From a virus: a DNA stretch of 46,458 nucleotides. The position numbers and the translations under genes are program-made. Position 1 is the first letter of the stretch; every line of letters begins with the position of its first letter. The stretch lies in the IMG/VR virus record IMGVR_UViG_3300034175_000027; one strand, 5' to 3'. Below are positions 16,395 to 24,376 of the stretch, one piece after another. Under the pieces are notes generated by a model, which saw only the letters and a program-made list of their open reading frames with translations, was not told the origin of the DNA and made no database searches.

Positions 16395-16606
16395 AGCGAT
16401 CTCAGTTTGTTGAACAGTCGGCGCAGCGCGTAACTGCGCACCAGGCTGATGAGCGTAAACCAGGCGGTGATAGCCAAGTCTGTCGAGAGTGGAACGTGTA
16501 CGCCGTACAGCGGAAAAATGATCAGCTGACTGACAAGCGCGACACCGAAACCGATGGCGATATTTGCCGCCGCTTCGATGAGGCTGGCTTTGCGTGATTG
16601 GCTCAT
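16391..16606 (-). CDS. Small membrane protein
   Basis: 71 aa with two hydrophobic helices (..AAANIAIGFGVALVSQLIIFPL.., ..LAITAWFTLISLV..). Confidence 0.5.
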   Translation of the reverse strand: MSQSRKASLIEAAANIAIGFGVALVSQLIIFPLYGVHVPLSTDLAITAWFTLISLVRSYALRRLFNKLRSL

Positions 16607-16629
16607 AGTGTTCTCGTTATCCGCCCATC

Positions 16630-16659
16630 ATTATACGCAGGCGTGTTGATTATAGTAAA
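16630..16659 (-). promoter_or_regulatory. Putative sigma70-type promoter
   Basis: Minus strand has TTTACT (16654-16659), an 18-nt spacer, and TATAAT (16630-16635), in the 244-bp gap upstream of the 71-aa ORF. A second TATAAT lies at 16649-16654. Confidence 0.4.
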
Positions 16660-16850
16660 CAGTAACCGCAAGTAATCGCAGATAACTGCAGGTCAATGCT
16701 GTATATGCCAGCCGTTACACTTTGAGCATGGGATCGGTAGCGGCTGACGAATCAAGATGCTGCAGCGGCGCACGATCGACGCGCATGCAGTGCTGGCGCC
16801 ATCGCGAGTGTTCCAGCGCCTGCGAGGTGCGCAGGGGTTTGGGGTTGGTC

Positions 16851-17237
16851 TCATTTCAGCCCCCAGATGAGTTTGCGCGCATCCTCTGGCGAGCGAACAA
16901 CGCCAGCGCGACCCCCGTTGTTGTTGACTGCAGCATGAAATGCGAGCTGCAGTTTTGTGGCTTTGCCCTTGGCTGCTTTCACCTCTGGCGCAACGAACCT
17001 GCCAACGTACGTGCCAACCATCTCTGCCGTGATAAGCTCTTTCACCAGTCCGAACGTGTCAGTGAAGCCTGGCGGCAATCCAGTATCGAATGGCCTCGGG
17101 TTTTTGATGAGAATGTCGCCGTTTGGCAGCTTGTATACGTCACCAGTCCAACCCTTTCCCACATTCGCGCGAAACAACAGGCATTCACCAGCCAGCTCGT
17201 TGCGTATCCGGTTTTGCATTTTGTGTTCTTCGCTCAT
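16851..17237 (-). CDS. VRR-NUC domain nuclease
   Basis: ..LFRANVGKGW..PGFTDTFGLV..FVAPEVKAAKGKATKLQLAFH.. matches the D..E.K VRR-NUC-type core. The ATG at 17237 overlaps the upstream stop (ATGA). The longer listed ORF has no support. Confidence 0.7.
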   Translation of the reverse strand: MSEEHKMQNRIRNELAGECLLFRANVGKGWTGDVYKLPNGDILIKNPRPFDTGLPPGFTDTFGLVKELITAEMVGTYVGRFVAPEVKAAKGKATKLQLAFHAAVNNNGGRAGVVRSPEDARKLIWGLK

Positions 17238-17512
17238 GCCCCACCTCTCATTAGCCAATCTTGCTCGCCAGGTCCGATCGGATGCTCTCGACACCAAACC
17301 CCACCACCCGCCCGATGCGGAAACCAATAGCCATCGCACAGGCACTTGGTGCGCTTGTGCTCGATCCGTTTTCTGTACCAATCCACCCGATACTCACCGC
17401 CGCAGTGACACCTGCCGTAACACGCTCGCACGTACTCATCAGGGTGCTTTGCGAGTGTTTTACGTGCGTTGCATTTTTTGCAGCGGCAGGGGTAGTGGGC
17501 GGTGTATTTCAT
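17234..17512 (-). CDS. Cys/His-rich (zinc-binding) small protein
   Basis: 92 aa with CRCKKC..CYGRCHC..CLC..C spacing, coupled to both neighbours. Confidence 0.5.
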   Translation of the reverse strand: MKYTAHYPCRCKKCNARKTLAKHPDEYVRACYGRCHCGGEYRVDWYRKRIEHKRTKCLCDGYWFPHRAGGGVWCREHPIGPGEQDWLMRGGA

Positions 17513-18081
17513 TATGACTGCTCAGGCTCGGCAGGCGCTTTATCTGGCGTAGCCACAGCTGGTGATGCCTTGATGATTTTACGCAGGATTGGGCGCCATA
17601 CTTTCCACCAGCTGGCAGCGCTGCTATCCATGCGTTTGATTTCATCATCACCAAATGCCCACCACTCTTTGAGCGTGTGACGCTGGCAGCCAATCTGCAT
17701 ATGCGTGGCGGTGTATGTGACAGTCCAGCCATCAGTTTGCACTGACTTGATCTCGCGACTGTTGCCAGTGGTGTTCCATAAAGAGTTTTCACGCAGGTTA
17801 GCGCCACTCAGGTTAGCGCCACGCAGGTAAGCGTCACGCAGGTTAGCGCCACGCAGGTTAGCGCCACGCAGGTTAGCGTCACGCAGGTTAGCGCCACTCA
17901 GGTTAGCGCCACTCAGGTTAGCGCCACTCAGGTTAGCGCCACGCAGGTCAGCGCCACTCAGGTTAGCGCCACTCAGGTTAGCGCCACGCAGGTAAGCGCG
18001 TTCGCCGCCTTCCTCATCTCGACGCCAGCGCCCGTGCTTCTCAATGATTTCTGCCAATTCCACCGCGTTATAAGTTTTCAT
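17512..18081 (-). CDS. Pentapeptide-repeat protein with a distinct C-terminal domain
   Basis: About 14 consecutive (A/D)(N/Y)L(S/R)G pentapeptides ([19 protein letters not shown]...), followed by a ~85-aa Trp-rich domain. Confidence 0.85.
   Translation of the reverse strand: MKTYNAVELAEIIEKHGRWRRDEEGGERAYLRGANLSGANLSGADLRGANLSGANLSGANLSGANLRDANLRGANLRGANLRDAYLRGANLSGANLRENSLWNTTGNSREIKSVQTDGWTVTYTATHMQIGCQRHTLKEWWAFGDDEIKRMDSSAASWWKVWRPILRKIIKASPAVATPDKAPAEPEQS
17791..18000. repeat. Fourteen tandem 15-bp units (acKcaggttagcgcc) encoding the pentapeptide repeats
   Basis: Read directly. The units are near-identical at the DNA level, with only a few substitutions. Confidence 0.9.
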
Positions 18082-18135
18082 AAAGTATAGTCTACCTGAT
18101 AGTAATCGCCTGAAATCCGCAGGCGTTTCGGTTTG

Positions 18136-18240
18136 TTATTTACGCGCCGCCATCATCAACTTAAACGCAGCCCTACGTATCTCACGCATCTCGTCTTGAC
18201 GTTGCTTTTGGAGTTGCTGATATTGAGCGAATGTTTTCAT
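18136..18240 (-). CDS. Possible 34-aa ORF (MKTFAQYQQLQKQRQDEMREIRRAAFKLMMAARK), absent from the supplied track
   Basis: First ATG after promoter cassette B. It has no clear SD and is very short. Confidence 0.2.
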   Translation of the reverse strand: MKTFAQYQQLQKQRQDEMREIRRAAFKLMMAARK

Positions 18241-18287
18241 GTCGACTGTTCTGTCATCGGCTCAGCCCTATGCCTCACCATGAACAC

Positions 18288-18331
18288 AGCTTAGCGTTTA
18301 CTTATGTAAACTTCCAATTAATTTTAGCTAT
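18288..18331 (-). promoter_or_regulatory. Conserved promoter/operator cassette B
   Basis: Minus strand reads ATAGCTAAAATTAATTGG, TTGGAA (18312-18317), an 18-nt spacer holding the perfect palindrome GTTTAC-TTAT-GTAAAC (18296-18311), and TAAGCT (18288-18293). Confidence 0.55.
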
Positions 18332-18336
18332 TAGAA

Positions 18337-19752
18337 CTATCTACGCTTAAACCTGCGACTACCAAACTCAGCCACAGCTCTGCCCATCGGGTTGCGCTCG
18401 CCTTCGCGCGCATAGATCGCAGCCATAGCGCCAACGTCTTTGGCGTTATCCAGCTCGCGTTTCAGTTTGGCGCGTACGGCGGCTTTTGCTGCCTCATCAA
18501 CGGCGCGCAGCTCACCCTCAGCCACTTCGATCTCTTTCGCCTTGGCCTGCAGCGATTTTCCGCAGTGTGGGCACTCGGGTGGCAATGGCCGTTTGATCGC
18601 GTTGAAACAGCCCTCGCATATCACTGGGGGTGGTGGTCCGTTGTCGTTGGCAGCTCTGCCTTTCTCGCGACCATCGAGTGACCATTCGCGCTCGTCATCT
18701 GGAAAGCCATGGCGCATCATGTTGCCAGCATGGTCGAGAATGACTGCCACCTTGCCTGGCGCCGGTCTCAGTACGCGCCCCCATCGCTGCATAGCCAGCG
18801 AGAGCGATTGCGTAGGTGCGGCATCAATAAGGCAGTCGATAGTCACGTCAGTCTGTGCAATCGCGCTGAGGTCGAAGCCTTCCCCGAATAGCGACACGTT
18901 AAACAGCACCCGGATATCGCCAGCGGCATAACCTTGAATCACACGCTTACGCTCAGCCTTGTCAGTGCCGCCGTCGAGGTGAGCCGCTGGAATGCCTGCC
19001 TGCCTGAATGACTCAGTAAGGTGCTGGCTGTGCGCCACGTTCACACCAAACCCAACCGTGCGCACGCCATCAGCATATTTGCGCCAGTGCTTAATGATGT
19101 TGCCGGTGAGTTTCGGCTTATCCATTTTCTCGGCAGTCTCAGACTTGCTGAAATCGCCCATGTAGCGCTTGACGCCTTTCATGTCGGGTATGTCTGGAAT
19201 GAAAGCCTCGTATCTCGAGAGGTTGCCGTGCTCCATCAGCCAGGCGACTGATGGCCCTAGTACCATCTCATCGAAATGCGCATCTAAACCCTGCCCATCG
19301 TGGCGCTGCGGCGTGGCACTGAGGCCAATCACATACGATCCGCTATCATGCAGCCACTTGATCACCAGTGCCCAACCTGCAGCACCCCCATGGTGCGCCT
19401 CATCTATGATGGCAACCTTTGGTGCTGCGAGTGATGACAGCCGGTTTTTCAGGGTGTCGATCGAGCACACCTGCACCAGCTCGCGCAGGCTCATAGGGTA
19501 GCCAGCTGCGATGAATGCGTGAGCGATGCCAAACTTGCGGAATGTCAGACTGGTCTGCAGCACCAGCTCAGCCCGGTGGCACACAAACCAGACGCTGCCG
19601 CCCTTGGTTGCCGTTGTTCTGGCCATGAATGACGCCAGCACGGTTTTGCCCGCACCCGTTGGTGCCTGCAGCAGAATGCGTTTTACACGGCGCCTCATTG
19701 CGTCCTGGCAGCCGCCAATCATCTCTATCTGGTAATCTCTCAGATTGATCAT
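18337..19752 (-). CDS. SF2 DEAD/DEAH-box helicase with a C-terminal zinc ribbon
   Basis: Walker A APTGAGKT, DEAH box IIDEAHH, motif III LSATP, helicase-C-like region, then CEGC..x13..CPHCG. Confidence 0.8.
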   Translation of the reverse strand: MINLRDYQIEMIGGCQDAMRRRVKRILLQAPTGAGKTVLASFMARTTATKGGSVWFVCHRAELVLQTSLTFRKFGIAHAFIAAGYPMSLRELVQVCSIDTLKNRLSSLAAPKVAIIDEAHHGGAAGWALVIKWLHDSGSYVIGLSATPQRHDGQGLDAHFDEMVLGPSVAWLMEHGNLSRYEAFIPDIPDMKGVKRYMGDFSKSETAEKMDKPKLTGNIIKHWRKYADGVRTVGFGVNVAHSQHLTESFRQAGIPAAHLDGGTDKAERKRVIQGYAAGDIRVLFNVSLFGEGFDLSAIAQTDVTIDCLIDAAPTQSLSLAMQRWGRVLRPAPGKVAVILDHAGNMMRHGFPDDEREWSLDGREKGRAANDNGPPPPVICEGCFNAIKRPLPPECPHCGKSLQAKAKEIEVAEGELRAVDEAAKAAVRAKLKRELDNAKDVGAMAAIYAREGERNPMGRAVAEFGSRRFKRR

Positions 19753-19762
19753 AAACTCTCAA

Positions 19763-19815
19763 TTGTAAGTAATCGCAAATAATCCATTATAACTGTAGCT
19801 AACCTCGCGTGTATA
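19763..19815. promoter_or_regulatory. Divergent, overlapping promoter pair (candidate genetic switch)
   Basis: Minus strand has TATACA (19810-19815), an 18-nt spacer, and TATAAT (19786-19791), reading towards the helicase. Plus strand has TTGTAA (19763-19768), 18-19 nt, and TTATAA/TATAAC (19787-19793), reading towards the wHTH gene. The two -10 elements overlap. Confidence 0.35.
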
Positions 19816-19946
19816 GTGGCGCGGCTTTGTCTAATCAATTATTTGTGAAGCTAAGCCGTAACATCGAGCGGCGCAAGCTCTTGATGCAACAAGATTCACC
19901 CGTAGAATGGTCTCAACGGGGGCGATTTTTTGGAAAGCCATTTGCC

Positions 19947-20348
19947 ATGCCCTCTCGCATAAAACTCAGTCGCCAGCGCGCAGAGATTTCCAGGCTGGTG
20001 CTTTCGCTGTTGCGACTGTCAACAGTCTATAATCCGTCCGAGAACTACGGCGCCACGGTGACTGACGCACTGATCTGCACCGCCATCTACATCGGCCAGT
20101 TTGAAGGCAAGCCAATGTCGACGGGCAAGCTATCAAGCTACACGGGCATACCCCGCCCAACGGTGGCGAGACACCTGGTTGCGCTGCTGGCATCTGGACG
20201 CATCGAAAAACCAGATGGCACCTATCAGCTGCCGCTCGACGCGCTCAACGATCCTGACGTCATCGCCATGATTGTCGAGTCAGAGAGGCTTATTCACCGC
20301 ACTTCTGCCTTATTGTCCAAAATGGACACAAAGCCTATTGCCACCTAA
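19947..20348 (+). CDS. Winged-helix (MarR/IclR-like) DNA-binding protein, a repressor candidate
   Basis: ..MSTGKLSSYTGIPRPTVARHLVALLASGRIEKPDG.. looks like a wHTH. It is transcribed divergently from the early operon. I chose the ATG at 19947 because of the GGAAAG SD. In-frame starts at 19809 (GTG) and 19884 are possible. Confidence 0.5.
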   Translation: MPSRIKLSRQRAEISRLVLSLLRLSTVYNPSENYGATVTDALICTAIYIGQFEGKPMSTGKLSSYTGIPRPTVARHLVALLASGRIEKPDGTYQLPLDALNDPDVIAMIVESERLIHRTSALLSKMDTKPIAT

Positions 20349-20450
20349 TGAGGCATTTATTAAGTTTTCTAGGCATTAACCCGTCTAACCTAAGGTAATG
20401 CCAAGTTTACGCAGAGGAAAACATATAACCCTGCGTCACTACAAAAGTAT

Positions 20451-20480
20451 TTGCATAATCGTGCGTAACGATGTTACTAT
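20451..20480 (+). promoter_or_regulatory. Putative promoter of the recombination module
   Basis: TTGCAT (20451-20456), 18 nt, TACTAT (20475-20480). The spacer contains the inverted repeat ATCGT-gcgta-ACGAT. Confidence 0.4.
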
Positions 20481-20514
20481 TGCAATACACAAATAAAACG
20501 TAGTGGGGCATACA

Positions 20515-21660
20515 ATGAAAGCAGGCATTTACGATTCGGTCCCGAATTGTGACTATCACAACGGGCCAGGTATTTCGAAATCTGGCCTCGATCTCATCAA
20601 CCGATCGCCCATGCATTACAAGGCGGTGATTGATGCGGAAAACGACAACGAGCCAACAGCGGCGCAACGCATAGGTACGGCAGTACATTGCGCCATTCTC
20701 GAGCCTGATGTGTTTGTGCAGGAATACTGCCTCGCACTGCAGCAGTCAGACGTGCCGCACGCCATCGACGATCGTGACCAGCTGATTGCGATGGTTATGG
20801 AATTGAACAGCAAGCGGCTGCCCAAGCTGGCGACCAGTGGCAGCAAGGCTGAGCTGGTGCAGCGCATCACCGATGCGATCGATGATCACATGAATATCGA
20901 CGTGCCAGCCCTCGAGGCTATGGGTGTCGCTGAGCTGAAACTCACGATCGGCAACATCAATCAGACACGCGCTGGCTTACTTCCAATGAGCGGCAACCGC
21001 CACGAGCTGGCGAACCTGCTGCGAGATAATGGCGTCGACGTAACCCTGTGGAGCGATTGCCAGGCTGAGTGGCTGCAGAACAATGGTCACCGCAAGGTGC
21101 TCACCAAGGCTGAGTGGGATCAAATCGCGCAGATGCGTTATGCGGTGATGGCGCACCCGGCTGCCAGCAAGTTGCTGCTGCAAGCAAACAACGTGGTGAT
21201 CGATCTCAAAACCACTGAGGATGCCAGCCTAGACGGTTTCAGTAAGTCAATCGCCAACTGGCGCTATGATCTGCAGCACCCGTTTTATCTCGATGGCTTG
21301 CGACTGGCGCTCGATCAATCTGGCCAAGAGCCGCCGATCGACGGCAAAGCAGAGCTGTCAGCCTATTGGAATGATCCAGCCACTGGCACCCTATGCCGTT
21401 GCCGCCCTGATTACTGGCGTGGCCAGCCTAACAACTTCGTTTTCATCGCGGTCGAGAAAAAGCCACCCTACGCGGTTGGCGTCTACGTGCTCGATGAGGA
21501 AAGCGTCGAGTTAGGTCGCGCTCAGTACCGGGCAAACCTGCGTACGTACACCGAGTGTCTGCAGGCAGATAAGTGGCCAGGGTATGGCGACAAGGTGCAG
21601 TCAATCAGCGTGCCTGGTTGGCATGCGAACAAAAACAATCACCTGCTCGACGCAGTGTAA
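20515..21660 (+). CDS. PD-(D/E)XK exonuclease (RecE/exodeoxyribonuclease VIII-like, DUF3799-type)
   Basis: The N-terminus (..YHNGPGISKSGLDLINRSPMHY..GTAVHCAILEP..) and the ..VVIDLKTT.. core are as in phage PDDEXK exonucleases. The central ~100 aa carry two SAP/HeH-like motifs. The ATG at 20515 has a GTGGGG SD. Confidence 0.65.
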   Translation: MKAGIYDSVPNCDYHNGPGISKSGLDLINRSPMHYKAVIDAENDNEPTAAQRIGTAVHCAILEPDVFVQEYCLALQQSDVPHAIDDRDQLIAMVMELNSKRLPKLATSGSKAELVQRITDAIDDHMNIDVPALEAMGVAELKLTIGNINQTRAGLLPMSGNRHELANLLRDNGVDVTLWSDCQAEWLQNNGHRKVLTKAEWDQIAQMRYAVMAHPAASKLLLQANNVVIDLKTTEDASLDGFSKSIANWRYDLQHPFYLDGLRLALDQSGQEPPIDGKAELSAYWNDPATGTLCRCRPDYWRGQPNNFVFIAVEKKPPYAVGVYVLDEESVELGRAQYRANLRTYTECLQADKWPGYGDKVQSISVPGWHANKNNHLLDAV

Positions 21661-21683
21661 TTCAACCTCAAGAGATCATCAAA

Positions 21684-22661
21684 ATGGCAGTAATGAATAT
21701 TCGCAAGGCGAAGCGTGAAGGCGCGCGCCTAGTCATAGGGTTGTGCGGCATCAGCGGCACAGGGAAAACCTACACGGCAATCAAGCTGGCGCACGGTCTG
21801 GCCAACTACAATCCTGAGAAAATCGGATTTATTGATACTGAAAATCGACGCGGCAGCCTGTACTCGGAAATCCTGCGCGATGATCCAGTCAAGCCAACAG
21901 ATACAGAGTTTTGGATCGGTGATCTTGATGCGCCTTTCAGCCCACAACGATACATCGATGCCATCAAAGAATTTGAAAAGCTCGGTGTTGAAGTGCTGGT
22001 GATCGACAGCATCAGTCACGAGTGGGAAGGCACAGGCGGATGTGAGGAAATCGCGCACGCTGGCAACCCGAAAAATCCAAAGTGGAACGATGCAAAGCGC
22101 GAGCACAAACGTTTTATGAATGCGATGCTGCAGTCAAACATGCATATCATAGTTTGCATCCGCGCTCGTGAGAAAGTGAAGCTCGTAAAAGGCACTGATG
22201 GGAAACTCGGATACGAGCCGCAAGGCATCCTGCCAGTAACTGAAAAAAACGTGCTGTTTGAAATGACTGCAAGCTTGATGATGTGGAGCGATGGTAGTGC
22301 GCAGGATGTGCTCAAATGCCCTAGCGAGCTGCGTCAAATTCTTGGCAGAGAGCAAGGCTTTATCACCAGCGCAGACGGCAAAGCGTTACGCGACTGGGTA
22401 GACGGTGCAAAGCAGCTCGATCCTAAGGTTGAAGCGTGGCGCAACCGCCTGCGCAACAACACTGAGCAAGGTGCTGAGCATGCAGAGGCTTGCTGGCTGA
22501 AAGTGCCGCAACCGATCCGCGATGCGCTTGGCTCAGATTTTCACGCCGCACTGATCGCATCCGCCAAGGCATTCGATGAGCAGCGCGCGCTCGATGCCAA
22601 AGGCGATGGCGCGATAGTGGATAACCTAAACGCGCAGCTAGAAAGTGAGGGCGCCGAATGA
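21684..22661 (+). CDS. RecA-fold AAA ATPase (Sak4-like single-strand annealing/recombination protein)
   Basis: Walker A GISGTGKTYT, then ..IGFIDTENRRGS.. and ..VLVIDSISHEW... The ATG at 21684 has an AAGAGA SD. The longer listed ORF overlaps the exonuclease gene. Confidence 0.65.
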   Translation: MAVMNIRKAKREGARLVIGLCGISGTGKTYTAIKLAHGLANYNPEKIGFIDTENRRGSLYSEILRDDPVKPTDTEFWIGDLDAPFSPQRYIDAIKEFEKLGVEVLVIDSISHEWEGTGGCEEIAHAGNPKNPKWNDAKREHKRFMNAMLQSNMHIIVCIRAREKVKLVKGTDGKLGYEPQGILPVTEKNVLFEMTASLMMWSDGSAQDVLKCPSELRQILGREQGFITSADGKALRDWVDGAKQLDPKVEAWRNRLRNNTEQGAEHAEACWLKVPQPIRDALGSDFHAALIASAKAFDEQRALDAKGDGAIVDNLNAQLESEGAE

Positions 22662-22945
22662 ATCCTGCCGAGTTTGTAAAAGTGCTGACGCAACTACGCA
22701 GCAAAGCAACTGGGGGCGATGGAATGTACCTTACACCTGATCAGCTCGTTGAGCGCTGGAATGGCGCTATTACCAAAGGAACGCTTGCGAATTGGCGCTC
22801 GAAAAAGAAAGGCCCATCGTTCACGAAAATGGGTGAAAAAGTGCTGTACCCGATCGACAAGCTCGAGAAATGGGAAGCCAGCCAGCTCACCAACATTGGC
22901 GCCAACGACAACAACCAACTGGGGGCCGTCAATGCAGCAAGTTAG
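22658..22945 (+). CDS. Excisionase/AlpA-type HTH protein
   Basis: ..LTPDQLVERWNGAITKGTLANWRSKKKGPSFTKMGEKVLYPIDKLEKWE.. is the typical HTH_17 pattern. It has an ATGA overlap with the upstream gene. Confidence 0.55.
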   Translation: MNPAEFVKVLTQLRSKATGGDGMYLTPDQLVERWNGAITKGTLANWRSKKKGPSFTKMGEKVLYPIDKLEKWEASQLTNIGANDNNQLGAVNAAS

Positions 22946-23342
22946 CGGGTATGAAAAACTTGATGATGTTTTGGCGCGAGCGTATCGCCAAGCGTCAGAG
23001 GGCAAGGGAGTGGAGCGCCACGCAGATGGTGAGCCGTTCCATGAGCAGCCAATGCAGATCATCAGCGATTTGGTTGGTGTTGGTTTCTGCATTGGGCAGG
23101 CGATCAAAAAGGCACATGAGTCACAGCGCCTGCCGCACGATCGGGCGGTTGCTGAGTTGCTTGGTTCGATCAACTACCTGGCAGGTGCTGTCATCGCGAT
23201 GGAACGTCGCCACCAAATCAATCTGGATAAGCTCACAAGTCCAGCCAATGACAACAACCAAGTCTGGTGCAAAAACTGCATCGACAAAAGCGATTGCCTG
23301 CGCCGTGAAGGCTGCATAATCGCAGCAGGCGCATTATCGTGA
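22932..23342 (+). CDS. Hypothetical protein, possibly of the MazG-like dATP/dGTP diphosphohydrolase-domain family
   Basis: 136 aa from an internal ATG of the listed 207-aa ORF. ..EGKGVERHADGEPFHEQP..GQAIKKAHES..ELLGSINYLAGAVI.. recalls that family. This is from memory only. Confidence 0.35.
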   Translation: MQQVSGYEKLDDVLARAYRQASEGKGVERHADGEPFHEQPMQIISDLVGVGFCIGQAIKKAHESQRLPHDRAVAELLGSINYLAGAVIAMERRHQINLDKLTSPANDNNQVWCKNCIDKSDCLRREGCIIAAGALS

Positions 23343-23542
23343 CTGACATAATCGACCAAGCTGGCGAGCTTGAGGATAAACAACGCGAACAAGCATTCGA
23401 GGCGCAGCGGCAACGTGCTGCCCTCGAGTTAAAAAATCGGCAAAAACCTCAAGGCTACTGCATCACATGCTTTGAGGATTTCGCCGCAAACGACAATCAA
23501 AAACTGTTCTGCGATGCCAAGTGCGCGCAGGCTCATCGATAA
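23339..23542 (+). CDS. TraR/DksA-like C4 zinc-finger protein
   Basis: 67 aa with a coiled N-terminus, then C..C-x14-C...C. GTG start overlapping the upstream stop. Confidence 0.4.
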   Translation: MTDIIDQAGELEDKQREQAFEAQRQRAALELKNRQKPQGYCITCFEDFAANDNQKLFCDAKCAQAHR

Positions 23543-23556
23543 TTCAGGGGTAGGGT

Positions 23557-24042
23557 ATGGCTCGAGGCATAAACAAGGTAACGATTCTAGGGAATTTGGG
23601 TGGCGATCCAGAGGTAAAATACATGCCGTCTGGTGGCGCAGTAACGAACGTCAGCGTTGCAGTTGATGAGTCCTACAAAGATAAAAACACTGGCCAGATG
23701 GTCGAAAAGGTAGAGTGGATACGCTGCGTGTTTTTCAACCGCATTGCTGAGATAGCTGGCGAGTTTTTGAAAAAAGGCAGTAAGGTTTATCTCGAGGGGG
23801 CAATGCGCACTCGCAAGTGGCAGAATGCACAAGGCGTTGACCAGTACACTACAGAGGTGATTATCAGTGAGATGCGCATGCTCGACGGCAAGCCTCAAGA
23901 TGGCTCAGCGGGTACTAACCAAAGCAACCAACGACCAGCACAACAGCAGAATGCACAGCCCAACAATGCAGCCAAGCAGCAACAAACCTATCAGCAGCCA
24001 CCGCAAGGGTTTGATGATTTCGATGATTCGATCCCTTTCTAG
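23557..24042 (+). CDS. ssb: Single-stranded DNA-binding protein
   Basis: OB-fold N-terminus (..INKVTILGNLGGDPEVKYMPSGGAVTNVSVAV..), a Gln/Pro-rich linker, and the canonical acidic tail DFDDSIPF. Confidence 0.92.
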   Translation: MARGINKVTILGNLGGDPEVKYMPSGGAVTNVSVAVDESYKDKNTGQMVEKVEWIRCVFFNRIAEIAGEFLKKGSKVYLEGAMRTRKWQNAQGVDQYTTEVIISEMRMLDGKPQDGSAGTNQSNQRPAQQQNAQPNNAAKQQQTYQQPPQGFDDFDDSIPF

Positions 24043-24052
24043 CCAACGAATA

Positions 24053-24076
24053 ACCCGCCTCGCAGCGGGTTTTTCT
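24053..24076. terminator. Terminator between convergent genes (strong on plus, weaker on minus)
   Basis: ACCCGC-ctcgca-GCGGGT followed by TTTTTC on the plus strand. It lies between the ssb stop and the stop of the 99-aa minus-strand ORF. Confidence 0.7.
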
Positions 24077-24375
24077 TACCGGTAAAACCGCACAAGCTTG
24101 GTGCCAGCGGATACGCCAGACAGTACGATTTTCGAGATGCCATAGCCGCTATCAAGCTTGATAGCGTTACCCGATCCAGCTGGTGCCGTCACAACTTTCG
24201 AGCCGCCTACGCTGTTATAAACGGTTATCGTGACGGTGGTGAAATCCAGCGTATCTGAATCGATGTTGATCGAATGAAGGTTAGACTTGTTCATGTCATC
24301 ACAGGTGAGCGTGTCGCCCGTACCTGTGCTAACCCACGATTTTTCTTTACCCATGAATGCGATTGTATCTGCCAC
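24076..24375 (-). CDS. Hypothetical beta-rich protein, third gene of the late cassette
   Basis: 99 aa. Its GTG start is 1 nt after the upstream stop. Confidence 0.5.
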   Translation of the reverse strand: MADTIAFMGKEKSWVSTGTGDTLTCDDMNKSNLHSINIDSDTLDFTTVTITVYNSVGGSKVVTAPAGSGNAIKLDSGYGISKIVLSGVSAGTKLVRFYR

Positions 24376-24376
24376 G

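Noticed and set aside
16722-17517. Long plus-strand ORFs (16722-17330, 16957-17517), and similar antisense ORFs elsewhere (for example 27489-28064, 33353-33868, 34277-34921, 44918-45481, 631-1032).
   Set aside because: They lie antisense to minus-strand genes that have recognisable protein families. Their translations are low-complexity and Arg/Ser/Ala/Pro-rich, as expected for GC-rich antisense frames. They also lack SDs and operon logic.
17791-18000. The tandem 15-bp repeat array could be mistaken for a CRISPR array or a VNTR in non-coding DNA.
   Set aside because: The units are contiguous with no spacers and are in frame inside a 189-aa ORF. They translate to canonical pentapeptide repeats.
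16668-19790. The recurring decamer AGTAATCGC(A) at 16671-16680, 18101-18109 and 19768-19777, and inverted at 31367-31374, as a further operator family.
   Set aside because: The motif is short, and its extent, orientation and position relative to predicted promoters vary. I cannot tell it apart from chance plus AT-rich promoter context without statistics.
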